Positions 35,136 through 45,440 are shown, counted from the stretch's first letter. The stretch is DNA of 64,000 bases from a virus (IMGVR_UViG_3300011008_000004:128001-192000); one strand, 5' to 3'. Numbers and translations: made by a program. Notes: generated from the letters alone by a model not told the origin.

Positions 35136-35233
35136 TGGCTGGGGTGGAGCGATTCGAACGCTCACATCACGCTTCAAAGGCGCGCTTCCTACGATTTTAG
35201 AGATCGCTTTCTTACCAATTAGAATACACCCCA
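35136..35233 (-). tRNA. Amber suppressor tRNA-Gln-like (CUA) carrying a second anticodon-like arm (UUG); 98 nt, CCA encoded
   Basis: TGGGGTG TA TTCT AATTGGTA AGAA A GCGAT CTCTAAA ATCGT A GGAA G CGCGC CTTTGAA GCGTG ATGT GAGCG TTCGAAT CGCTC CACCCCA G CCA. U1-A72, G2-C71, G3-C70 and G73 match bacterial tRNA-Gln. Confidence 0.9.
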
Positions 35234-35238
35234 ATATT

Positions 35239-35258
35239 TATATATATATATATATATA
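35239..35258. repeat. (TA)10 microsatellite in the tRNA leader/promoter
   Basis: Pure TA dinucleotide run 5 nt upstream of the tRNA 5' end. Confidence 0.85.
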
Positions 35259-35276
35259 CAAAATAGAAAGCATAGT

Positions 35277-36482
35277 TTATTTAACTATGCTTTCTCCTAA
35301 TTTATCTTCTAACCATTTTACATCAATATAGAATTTCTGATTATAAGCTTCTTGATAATCTTTTAATTCTTCTATATTTTTATAAGCCTTTTTAAATAAT
35401 TCTTCGGCTTCTTCATACTTACCTTCCCAACACTTAGCATCAGCAATTATTTGCAAAGCTTTCCATTCTTTAGTTGTCCAAGGTTGAAGTCTCCAGTCTT
35501 CTAAAATTTTAGCATCTTTACTCATATTATCTAAAACTTTATATACTTGTGTGTACTTACCTTGATAAGCTAACATTTGTGCTAGTCTAATGTACGAATC
35601 TATAATTGTTTTATCAAAATTTATAGCCTTTCTAAAGTAAAATTCGGCATCTTCAAATAAGCCTATTTCATTATAGTACGTCCCTAACGCGATACAAATA
35701 ACTGCTCTCATCATAATGTTATTATCATTTATTATTTGCATTCTAGCATAATATTGTTGTGCATATTTTATCGCATTTTGGTAGTCATATCTAAATGAAT
35801 ACTCTCTTTGTAGATAGAATAGTCCATAGTTATCTGTGGGATTCTCATCTACTCTTAATTGTAATAAGTTTAAATAACTTCCTCTAGATTTAGTATGGTC
35901 TGGATAATGATGTAAATAAATTTTATTAGAATCTAAATAATAGCAACCTTGATAATTGTAATTATCTCTATCTAAAGTTAATTCTTCATGAACTGGATAT
36001 CTCCACTTCCAGCCTTTTGCTTGAACTGCTTTATCATACCAGAATACGCTTAATGGATTTCCTAATTCATCATGACTCCAAGCATATTTATAAAATATTC
36101 TATCAAAATTAGGATGTTCAAATATACACTGTCTATAATCGTCCCAGAAATCTTTATCTAATATTTCATCGATATCTGTGCAGATTAAAGCATCACAATC
36201 TTCTGGAATTAATTTCATAGATTCATTTCTTGCTACATCGAATCTCCATGGTTTGATTTCTTGTTCTGCAATTATTAACTTATTTTTAAATTCTGGAAGT
36301 TCTTGTTTTTTCTTAAAATATGTGTAATTAGAATCATCTTTTTTAGTAATTAAAACAGTTATATAGTTTGCTGGCTTCATGCTTTCAAGCCATCTATCTA
36401 TAAATTCTTCAGGTTCTGATGCACACATTGCATAGCAACATATTTTAACGTCTTGATATGAATTGAAGTTTTTATTTGACAT
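35277..36482 (-). CDS. GT2-type glycosyltransferase with C-terminal TPRs
   Basis: PWRFDVARNES, CTDIDE, W.YPVHE and HYPD.TKSRGSYL.LL motifs, then TPR helices. Confidence 0.85.
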   Translation of the reverse strand: MSNKNFNSYQDVKICCYAMCASEPEEFIDRWLESMKPANYITVLITKKDDSNYTYFKKKQELPEFKNKLIIAEQEIKPWRFDVARNESMKLIPEDCDALICTDIDEILDKDFWDDYRQCIFEHPNFDRIFYKYAWSHDELGNPLSVFWYDKAVQAKGWKWRYPVHEELTLDRDNYNYQGCYYLDSNKIYLHHYPDHTKSRGSYLNLLQLRVDENPTDNYGLFYLQREYSFRYDYQNAIKYAQQYYARMQIINDNNIMMRAVICIALGTYYNEIGLFEDAEFYFRKAINFDKTIIDSYIRLAQMLAYQGKYTQVYKVLDNMSKDAKILEDWRLQPWTTKEWKALQIIADAKCWEGKYEEAEELFKKAYKNIEELKDYQEAYNQKFYIDVKWLEDKLGESIVK

Positions 36483-36536
36483 ATACGTATAAATCTCCTA
36501 AATAGTTTATACAAAATATATTAATTTAGCGTAAAT

Positions 36537-36564
36537 AAAAGCACCAAGCATTTTACTTGGTGCT
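36537..36564 (-). terminator. Intrinsic terminator
   Basis: AGCACCAAG/CTTGGTGCT stem plus T-run. Confidence 0.7.
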
Positions 36565-36586
36565 AGTAATTTATACATTATATGTT

Positions 36587-38059
36587 TTAAAAAGCGGTTG
36601 AAACTGTGTCTTCAGTTATCTGAAAAAGTTTAGCAAGATCGCATATTGTATATATGGATGTTTTAGAAGGATCTACACTAGTGTTAGAATCTTTCGTGTA
36701 GTATAAGCACATGTCATTCTAATCAATTTTAGGTTTAATGTGAATATCTAATATGTAACCTTTACTATTAGATCCGCTTGAATCTAGTATTTTTTTACAT
36801 CCAAATATATCAGTTATATGATAAGTTTCATATAATTGCACTAATGTTATTTCATTTCCATCCACTATTTTATTAGGATAAGTGCTATAGAAATACATTG
36901 AACCACTGCTAGTCATCCATTCAGGATATGGGGAGCTATTATCAAGAAATTTTAGTAAAGATATGCTATGTTTATATATTGTTTGAAACATGCCATACTG
37001 ATAGCCACTATATGGCGTAGATAACGTTAATGATACCCATTGGTTATTAATCATAGTGCCTTCAATATGCGTAGCGTCTACATATGCCTTAGTAGCTACA
37101 TCGTTATCTAATACAGGAGTGCCTGCTTGAAATCTTCCTCCATCTCCTCTATACACTAGTGTCCAAGCTGCTGCGCTTTCAGCCATAGTAGTTGTGCCTT
37201 CAGCACCACTAGATGTATGAATATATGCTTTATTTGTGCCACTACCAGTGATCTGCTTTACATAATTATTATTCGCGTATACTTTAGTTATAAGGTCTTT
37301 ATCCGCACTAGGACTAGCATTTGGTGCTTCTACGTTGCCATTATCTTTTACTCTTAAACCTGTTTTTCTAGTAGGATTATCAGTGCCTATACCTACAACA
37401 AATGTAGATGTATTATCTTGTGCGTATGCATTATATCTACCTACTAATGTTTGATTATCTTTGCTAGCTCTCAAGCCCTATCCATATAAATTTGTATCAT
37501 TATAATCACTAACGTTATATCTACCTTGTACATGAATATCTTTCTATCCTGCAGTGTTTTTAGATAGATCATTGTTATCTCCATCTACAGATGATGTATA
37601 AGCATTTATATAGTTTGTAGAACCGCATGCTCTAGATGCGCCGCCATGAATACCCATAGTATTATCATTACCTGTTACAAAACTATGGACGCCACTAACA
37701 TCATTTTTTAGGCCACCAACAATTATATTGCTATTCCTAACTATATTTAACTTACCTGCAACTAAATTTCTTTTTGCTGAAGCTGTATCAGTATTTGCCT
37801 CACCTAATAAAGCTTCACTTTCCCCTAAAGCTTTACTTTGATAATGATCAGTGTCTACTATTCCTGAATATTTTAAAACTATAGAATCATTTACATCATT
37901 CAAAATATTGTTGTTAACTGCAATTAAATCTTTTAATTGAGTTGTATTGTCACCTACATAGAGTCTATTTGTGTCAGTCTCAAAAAATGGCTATCCTGCA
38001 CTTAAGATATCATCTGAAGCCAATCTTTGAGCAGACGTCCCACGTCTTAATTGAATCAT
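36587..38059 (-). CDS. Tail fibre/receptor-binding protein with Mtd_N-like N-terminus and YadA-head-like repeats (TAG=Gln)
   Basis: MIQLRRGT...GQPFFETDTNRLYVGD; G..N beta-roll repeats; DVATKAYVD motifs; joins two track ORFs. Confidence 0.75.
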
Positions 38060-38189
38060 TTAAATATCCTCATATTTAATTATTTGAATATTTAACTAAA
38101 AAAAAACCTGAAGATGCTTATGACGTAAATAAAAGACTGACTAGAATTCTCTAATCAGTCTTAATTAGTTAATTATTTACTTAAATTTC

Positions 38190-38996
38190 TTATGAAATTT
38201 CGCCATCATCTATTGAAATATCAGACCAAGTAGGTGCTGCATTAGCGCCATTAGATTTCAAATACTGTCCACTAGTTCCAGAACCAGTTGCTGCATATAT
38301 AGAAGTAGCAGTTGTAGCGCCATTAACAGCGTTTATTAAACCGCACTCACCTTTAGCGCCTGTCGGACCTGTGGCTCCAGTTGGACCGATTGCTCCAGTA
38401 GCACCAGTTGGTCCAATGTCTCCTGTTTCACCTTTTGCGCCAGTAGGACCAGTTGGTCCAATAACACCTTGTGGTCCAGTAGCACCGGTTGATCCTGTGT
38501 CACCCTTTATACCTTGAATGCCTTGTTCACCCTTAGGACCTGTGGGTCCTATAGAACCTGTATCACCTTTAACGCCCTAAGGTCCAGTAGCACCAGTATC
38601 ACCTTTATCACCTTTGATACCGGCTTCTGCCATATCAATTATAAATGTCCAGGTTGATTGACCAGCACCAGCTGTTGCTTTTCTATATACTTCGCCATAT
38701 TCTGGATCGTATTTATTACCAGTATCAATTATAACATATTGGCCAACTTTTACAGTAGTATCAGCATACATTTGAGCTAAGCTTGTAAAAGTCTTAGATA
38801 ATTCCCATGTAGGTCCTTGAGGCCCTGTAGGTCCTGTTGCACCTTGAATACCTTGAGGTCCAGTAGGTCCATATAATTTACCTATTTCAGATCTAGGTAC
38901 ATAATTCTCTTTGACCTAAGCGACTTCTTGGGTTAGATTGGCGTCTTTCAAATCATAAGGTATATTATTTAATTTTATCCTAGATATGTTAGACAT
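38190..38996 (-). CDS. Collagen-like fibre protein (TAG=Gln)
   Basis: ATG 38996; G-X-Y tracts either side of track ORF 38577..38771; ends IDDGEIS. Confidence 0.8.
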
Positions 38997-39027
38997 TCAT
39001 CAGCCTCATTTCTTAAATTATTTTAAT

Positions 39028-39058
39028 TAACTAACTAGCGATTTCTCGCTAGTTAGTT
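39028..39058 (-). terminator. Intrinsic terminator
   Basis: AACTAACTAGCGA/TCGCTAGTTAGTT stem. Confidence 0.65.
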
Positions 39059-39086
39059 TTATTTTGTTTTATATGATTATAATTGA

Positions 39087-41090
39087 TTAAGCTTTCTTTG
39101 AAATATTAGCATCATCAACAACGATATCACCAACATCAAGACTAATAGCTTTTCCATTAAATGCTACTGTTCCAAGGTTTGCTTTGTCATAGTTACCAGA
39201 AACGGAAACATTAACAGCCGAACCAGAAAAACTTGCACCGTTAGCCGTAGCTTTGTCATATTGACCAGAAACCGAAACATTAACTTCGGAACCAGTGAAT
39301 GTAACAGTGCCAACTTTGTCTGCTTTTACTTCGTCGAATGTAGGCATTGCACCGCCATCAAACGTATCAGCAGCTTTAGAACCACCACTAAATTTAGCCG
39401 TGTTAATAACAGTAGCAGAACCACCGTCAAAAGTACCAAAGTCAACATTACCAGCACTGAACGTACCTTGCGCCGTAACAGCGTTATCAAAATAACCAGT
39501 TCCAGACGTCAATTCTTCAAAGCCTAATACCAAACATTCAGAATCCGTCGTATCTAAAGTATATGTAGGTTTCAAAATCTTCTTTGCAAAAGAACCTGTC
39601 GTTGCGTTACCAAGAGATGGAGCAGTATAATCAGCTCCAGTCCAACTTGCAGCTTGACCAGCTGTGTAGAAGCCTTCTTGGAAAGCGGCAGGAGTAAATT
39701 CACCCTCAGTGAATGTTGCAACCGTACCAGCCGTTTTAACTTTACTTGCAGCAACTTCTGTCGTAGCAACATCAACGTCACCAGCAGCAGTTACTTTACC
39801 AGTAGAAGTAATATCAGTAGCTGTTTGTGTAAATGCATTTAACGTAACGCTACCAGCTGCGGTAACAGAACCAGTAGAGGTCATACCAGTCGAAGCATAG
39901 CCCAACGCACCCGTTAATTCACCAGTTGAAGTACCAGTTGCTTTAACACCAGAAATCGTTTGTCCTTCTGCTTTAATATCGTCTATATCAGTATCAGCTA
40001 AATCACCAAATTGATGATCAATAGGAGTTGTATTATCGCCTTTATTAATTGTTAATTTACCATTAGTATAAGAAGCGCCTGTTAATACATTTTCTGTAAT
40101 AGCAATGTTTCCTAAATCTACGTATTTACCATGAGTTTCATCAGTAGAAACTGTCTTAAATTCACTGCCAAGTTTAACAGTGTTTAACTTAGCGTCCCAA
40201 CCATCTTCTTTACCTTCTATAGCATCAACTCTATCGTCTAAACCATCGATTGCTGATTGTAAACCTTCTTCTACGCCGGTTGCCCTTTCTTCTTCTGCTT
40301 CAACTGCAGCCTTAGCACCAACTTCATTGTTCCAGTTAGTAATTTGTTGAGTAGTTATATTATAAGCAGGTTTACCTTCAATAGTTTCAACCTTACCTTC
40401 CAATGTGTCTATAGCACCTTCAGCGGTTGTCAATCTAGTATCTAAACCACCTTCGACACCAGTAGCTCTAGTAACTTCAGCAGCAATAGCAGCAGCATTG
40501 GCTTTTTCAGCAGTATCTGCTCTTGTAACTTCAGCCGCTAAGCCACCAGCAACTTCAGCAATATCATCAGCTAGATCATCTTCAGCTTCTTTTGCTCTAT
40601 CAGCTTCAACTTTAATAGCTGCATCAACTTGGTCTTTGGTATAGTAATTGCTCAAGTCAATTCTTGTGTCACCGATTTTTTCCCATTGATAATTAGAACC
40701 AACTTTAATACAAATGTATTCACCATAAACATCTTGTTCTTTTCCAGAACCAGATTCATTCTTTAAATAAATCGTCTTAGATTTATTAAATTCATGAGCA
40801 GCATCTGCAGTCGGTAATTCGGTAACTACTTCATATGTAATAAGAATGATTTGACCAACTTTTTCATTTGTGTAAGCTTTTGCATCTACTAATACTTGAG
40901 CATCTTGAGCATCTACGTATTCAATAGTAGCATAATTTTCTTTAATTTCACCAATATCATCTTGTATTTCTGGAATATCGGTGTCAACTACAGTAGTTAA
41001 AAGCGCTCTAGCATCTGCATCTTTTAAATAATAGTCTTGTGTACCAATTTTAATTTTACTTAAAACAGGAGTGTTACTATAAGTAGCCAT
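39087..41090 (-). CDS. Fibre protein (coiled coil plus Thr/Gly-rich beta region)
   Basis: YYLKDADAR N-terminus, WEKIG...DLSNYYTK, AEV.RA..AE repeats; TAG-free. Confidence 0.75.
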   Translation of the reverse strand: MATYSNTPVLSKIKIGTQDYYLKDADARALLTTVVDTDIPEIQDDIGEIKENYATIEYVDAQDAQVLVDAKAYTNEKVGQIILITYEVVTELPTADAAHEFNKSKTIYLKNESGSGKEQDVYGEYICIKVGSNYQWEKIGDTRIDLSNYYTKDQVDAAIKVEADRAKEAEDDLADDIAEVAGGLAAEVTRADTAEKANAAAIAAEVTRATGVEGGLDTRLTTAEGAIDTLEGKVETIEGKPAYNITTQQITNWNNEVGAKAAVEAEEERATGVEEGLQSAIDGLDDRVDAIEGKEDGWDAKLNTVKLGSEFKTVSTDETHGKYVDLGNIAITENVLTGASYTNGKLTINKGDNTTPIDHQFGDLADTDIDDIKAEGQTISGVKATGTSTGELTGALGYASTGMTSTGSVTAAGSVTLNAFTQTATDITSTGKVTAAGDVDVATTEVAASKVKTAGTVATFTEGEFTPAAFQEGFYTAGQAASWTGADYTAPSLGNATTGSFAKKILKPTYTLDTTDSECLVLGFEELTSGTGYFDNAVTAQGTFSAGNVDFGTFDGGSATVINTAKFSGGSKAADTFDGGAMPTFDEVKADKVGTVTFTGSEVNVSVSGQYDKATANGASFSGSAVNVSVSGNYDKANLGTVAFNGKAISLDVGDIVVDDANISKKA

Positions 41091-41166
41091 ACTTTAAATA
41101 TTTCCTTTATTTAATTTATTTTTCTTTTATTTTATATGTTTATTTTAAACGTATATTTACTATAAT

Positions 41167-41736
41167 TTAGCTCTTTTTAGTAGTACGTTTTCTAGGTTTT
41201 TTAAGTACTAAACAATCATCTCCAGCAACATCAAAATCAATAGTATCTATACTATCTGTGATTGCTTTTTGAGTCATTGTTCCGTCTTCATTATCACCTA
41301 AATCATCATACAATTTTATTATACCCGCTTTATCAGATGTAGCATATGTAACGCAAGTTATGAAGTGTCCATCTAATATAGATTGACCAGCTTCAACTAC
41401 ATATGTAAACAATCTGTTTGTTAGGATATCTAAGTATAATTTACTTCTTAATTTTGGAAGAGGATCTACAGATGTTGGAGTTGGGTAGAATTTCCCGTCT
41501 GCTTCTTTAAAATATCCTCTTAATAAGATGTCTGTGTCTTCAGGTTCTGGTCCTGTGCCATTTCCTATATAAGGAAGATCAACATAGTCATTTATACCAT
41601 TACCTATTTTTAATTTGTTTGTATCTAATTCAAATATAGGTTCACCTTCAAGTGGTTTGTTGTCTCCAACTAACTTTAACTCTAAAGTTTCTTTATCACC
41701 TCTTTTGAATTTGATGCTCTCTATTGTAGTATTCAC
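41167..41736 (-). CDS. Mtd_N/hyaluronidase-N-domain fibre-associated protein
   Basis: IKFKRG...EGEPIFELDTNKLKIGNG...DLPY. Confidence 0.7.
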   Translation of the reverse strand: MNTTIESIKFKRGDKETLELKLVGDNKPLEGEPIFELDTNKLKIGNGINDYVDLPYIGNGTGPEPEDTDILLRGYFKEADGKFYPTPTSVDPLPKLRSKLYLDILTNRLFTYVVEAGQSILDGHFITCVTYATSDKAGIIKLYDDLGDNEDGTMTQKAITDSIDTIDFDVAGDDCLVLKKPRKRTTKKS

Positions 41737-42182
41737 TCTACTTTACCTCCGTCCACAGTTAATACTTCAACTACATCTTTAATTTTCTTTTCAACTGAAC
41801 CATCAACTGTAGCATCGCCATTTAATATATCAATAGCATCTGTATTAATGTCAGTCTTTACTTCTACTTCAGTTATATCAGCGTCTATGTTTTGAATAAC
41901 TGAAGAATTATTTAAAGCTGTATTTAATTGTTGTTGTGCTTCAGATGTTTGATAGTTTAATGTTTCATCAATTTGTCTAAATTTACCTGTTGCATTTGAT
42001 GGCGTATTATTTACATTAAATAAATATAATTTACCATCATCTGGACAAATGCAAAAATAAACATCTGGTAAATTAAAATCATCCTCAGCTGTAAGCATTT
42101 GAGCTTTAGTTAAAGATAATCTTTTATCTACAGCGGAATTTGAAGTTATGTCAAAACCGTTACTAAAACGAGTATAAGCCAT
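41733..42182 (-). CDS. Fibre-associated structural protein
   Basis: GF.ITS..AVDKR head, coiled coil, C-terminal VDGG. Confidence 0.55.
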   Translation of the reverse strand: MAYTRFSNGFDITSNSAVDKRLSLTKAQMLTAEDDFNLPDVYFCICPDDGKLYLFNVNNTPSNATGKFRQIDETLNYQTSEAQQQLNTALNNSSVIQNIDADITEVEVKTDINTDAIDILNGDATVDGSVEKKIKDVVEVLTVDGGKVE

Positions 42183-42199
42183 TCATTATCCCCTTTTTA

Positions 42200-43570
42200 T
42201 TATTTCCATCTTAACTCATATTTGTCTATACCAGCAGTATATCTTTCATGAGGAGCATATATATAATATTCTGCACCTTCATATGTAACAACCTTTGGAG
42301 GTGTCCAATTAGATAATAAATCAAATAAAGTTAAATCATTTTGATATATGTGAACTAACTCACCTAAAGATTTGCTAAACGCTATTGCATAATATGATTT
42401 AGCTGAAGTGTTGAAAGTATGAACTAAGTTAGTATCCTTTACTAAGTTTGTTATTGTTTCAGATTCCCAATCACTCGTAATAGTTTCAGGATCAGTAGGT
42501 CCAGCATAATAGAAAGCTTTTAATTCAACTGTAGGTGTTCCAAATAATATATTATAAAGAATATCTGCAATTTTAGTATCACCACTAATTGATGTACCTG
42601 CTGCTAAATTTCCGACAGTTACTTGCGTTGTAAATGTTTTGCCTATTTTAGCTTCACCGGCAATTTTATAAATAACATTATCTATAGTTAAACTATTTAA
42701 ATCAACAGTAGGATTTGCTTCATTAACTTTTAGCTAATCTTGTTTTTTATCAATAGCAGTTTGCAGTAAATTATCACCAGCAACTCTTCCAGCATGTTCA
42801 CTGGCGTCTTGTTGATCTATGTAACGCATTGTATCAGTAATACTTGCATCAACATAATCAACAGAAGGAATGATATCTGGGTCTCTACCGATTACGTTAT
42901 TATTAATTATAATACCATTATAATCTTCTCTTGTGTCAACTGATAAAGTATCTTGTTTTGCTGCTAATTCTGTTTTTGTAGCTAAATGACTAATGTCTTG
43001 GTGTTCAGTTAAATAACCTTTACCTTCAACCCAACTTTCAGTTGCATAGCCATCTAAGCTTGGTATTTTTTCTTCAACTTCGTCTATTTTAGCGTCTAAA
43101 ATAGCGACATCTGATGCTAACTCATCTTTAGTAGCTAAATGACTAATATCCTAATGTTCGGTTAAATAATGTTTGTCTTCTACCCAGGTTTCTGTAGCAT
43201 AACCTTGTAGCGCTTCATCAGTTATAAATCCAGCATCATTTTCTAGATCACTAATTTTCTCAGGTATAAGTTCTTCAATCGCTGTAATTTTTTCATCAAT
43301 CTATGCTTTAGTATAAAACATAGATAAGTCAACTTTACTTAATTCTTGCCAATCTGATAACTCACCTGAATCAGTTTCTAAAGTCCAAACGTATTCTCTT
43401 CCTAAATCAGTAGTGGTATATAAATCGCCTAAAGTATTTCCTGAAAGAGGTAAGTCTTCCTTAGAAGCCACAGAGCCCTTATAAGTCATGCCTTTGGAAA
43501 CTATTTTTATTTGTTCATCTGTATAATTCTTTGCATATTTTTTACAAAGAATCCATGTTATTACATCCAT
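42200..43570 (-). CDS. Fibre/decoration protein with YLTEHQDISHLATK repeats (TAG=Gln)
   Basis: Track ORF 43301..43570 extends through TAGs at 43301, 43151 and 42734 to TAA 42200. Confidence 0.75.
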
Positions 43571-43591
43571 TGATAATTTCCTTTACGATAA

Positions 43592-43753
43592 TTATGATAA
43601 TTCTAACCACTCTTTTGATTCTGCACTAAACATAAATACTTTAGTAGTATCCATTTCTACAAATGTAGAACCATTACCTACGTCAGTTGGTTTTGTATCT
43701 GTACTTAAACCGTAAAGTTCGAATACTCTATCGCCATATGCACTAGTTATCAT
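43592..43753 (-). CDS. Small structural protein (53 aa)
   Basis: GLSTDTKPT...NGSTFVEMDTTKVFMF...W; AAGGTGG SD. Confidence 0.6.
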   Translation of the reverse strand: MITSAYGDRVFELYGLSTDTKPTDVGNGSTFVEMDTTKVFMFSAESKEWLELS

Positions 43754-43765
43754 AGTTATTCCACC

Positions 43766-44050
43766 TTAATTAATACTGATATCAAAAATAGCTAATACAG
43801 TGTTATTAGCTGTAGCTACAACAACTGAATGACCTGTTTTTAAACCTAATACAACACCACAGTTATTTACGTTTAATACACTTAAATCACTAGAAGCCCA
43901 TGTGATATCATCATAGGCTTCAGATATATTCTAACGTAAAGATTTAGTTTCATTTACGTTTAACGTTATATTATATCTCGATGTATTATTTTCTTTATCT
44001 GTAAATTTTTTGTAAGCTTTTAAAGTTGTAGTTAATTTGCTATAATCCAT
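43766..44050 (-). CDS. Ig-like (Big_2) domain protein (TAG=Gln)
   Basis: ITWASSD.SV..V...GVV.G.K.G...V.AT; GGAG SD. Confidence 0.7.
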
Positions 44051-44062
44051 TTTAATCTCCAA

Positions 44063-44518
44063 TCAACCTACATAAAATTTGCAGACATCGTTATCTGCTA
44101 AAGTTTGACTTACTTTGTTATCTTTATCTAACAAAGTAAGCTTGCCGTAATACATACCTTTATATAATTTGGCTGATAGTTCAGAACCTATATTTATATC
44201 TATAATATTATTAGAATTTGTTACAGTTTCAAAAACTTTTTCATATCTAAAATTAAATAATTCAAATTGATAATTTTTATTTTTAAGATATGTTTCTGCA
44301 TCTACGTATGTGCCATCGTCATACATAACTTGTCCAGTTACAACAAATTCAAGAACTATAGGATCACCTTGATTCCAACCAAAACCAATAAGTTCATTGT
44401 TTATGTTATACATCTCTAATGGCATGTGTGGTCTTTCATGAAGCTAGATATCTTTAGCATAAGGATTATTGATATCTAAGTCTTTATCTAAATTTTGATA
44501 ATTGTCAAACATGCTCAT
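44063..44518 (-). CDS. BppU-N-like beta-sandwich structural protein (1 TAG)
   Basis: ATG 44518 in frame with the track ORF; W.QGD...ELS.KL.KG.YY. Confidence 0.55.
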
Positions 44519-44534
44519 ATGTTAATTTCCTATA

Positions 44535-45440
44535 TTATATTTCGTCATCATATGAACCCGCACTCATTGCGCAAGTTTCACTTAAATCAGGATTATTGTT
44601 TACATTATTTTCATTTAATAATTGATCTTTATAATCACTCATCTTTATGTTTTTAAGTTCATCTAACATAGATTCCTTAGGAGCTGATTCATTTAATTTA
44701 TCTCCAGCTGTAGATTCTCTGTCATCTGCAGGTTCTTCACCATCACTTAATTTCTTTAGAGATTCTATATCTTTTTCTGATAAAAGTATATCATCGTCAT
44801 GAGCATCAAATGATTCACCTAAATCATCATCTTGAGGCTCTAGATCAGCATCTAAGTCACCTAATTCTATATTCTTTAGATCTTCTATTGAATCTAATTC
44901 TTCATCATTAAGGACATTTTGTGAATCAAGTTTATCGACATTAAAATCATCGATATTATCATTTACTTGATAATTATTAGCTATCATAAATCTATTTATT
45001 TCTTCATCTGGTAGCCAAGCTAATAACTGTTCACATAAAGTTTCGTATTTAATAGTACCTTGATTTAGCATGTCTTTAAGCTTTGTTTCATAAGGTCTAG
45101 TATCAACAGTTTCTTCGAGATTAGATTCTTCATTCATGACAGCATTGCATTCATCTAAATTTTCAACATCATCTTCAGCAACGTCCATACTTCCGGTAAA
45201 ATCATCAAACCATTCTTTTGCTTCAGCCTCTGTTTCAGTTTCCCAATCTTCTACGCCATCATAGAAAAACTTAGAACGACCGTCTTTAGTCATATACCAA
45301 GCATATTCAGCCGCAAAACCATCTTCATCTTTTATGTCTTTTACAGCTACAAATTCAAATTCAGGATCTAAATCATAGGGTCTGTCATCATCCTTGAAAT
45401 TTATATCATCTAAATTCTCAACTAATTTAACGTTTAACAT
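44535..45440 (-). CDS. Acidic modular putative head-internal protein
   Basis: LVEN, LDEC, LEET, LNES and LNEN sites. Confidence 0.55.
   Translation of the reverse strand: MLNVKLVENLDDINFKDDDRPYDLDPEFEFVAVKDIKDEDGFAAEYAWYMTKDGRSKFFYDGVEDWETETEAEAKEWFDDFTGSMDVAEDDVENLDECNAVMNEESNLEETVDTRPYETKLKDMLNQGTIKYETLCEQLLAWLPDEEINRFMIANNYQVNDNIDDFNVDKLDSQNVLNDEELDSIEDLKNIELGDLDADLEPQDDDLGESFDAHDDDILLSEKDIESLKKLSDGEEPADDRESTAGDKLNESAPKESMLDELKNIKMSDYKDQLLNENNVNNNPDLSETCAMSAGSYDDEI

Noticed and set aside
35136-35233. tRNA-Pyl, tRNA-Sec, an ordinary class II (Ser/Leu/Tyr) suppressor, or an intron-containing tRNA
   Set aside because: The acceptor stem and discriminator are Gln-type and TAG aligns with CAA in repeats. 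The extra 23 nt are far too short for a self-splicing intron and mimic an anticodon arm. A purely structural variable arm cannot be fully excluded.
30840-38870. CRISPR array or DNA-level tandem repeats in GC-richer patches
   Set aside because: The periodicity comes from G-X-Y collagen coding; there are no identical repeats with unique spacers.
36587-41736. Diversity-generating retroelement suggested by Mtd_N domains
   Set aside because: No reverse transcriptase and no TR/VR pair with adenine-specific mismatches were seen in the window.
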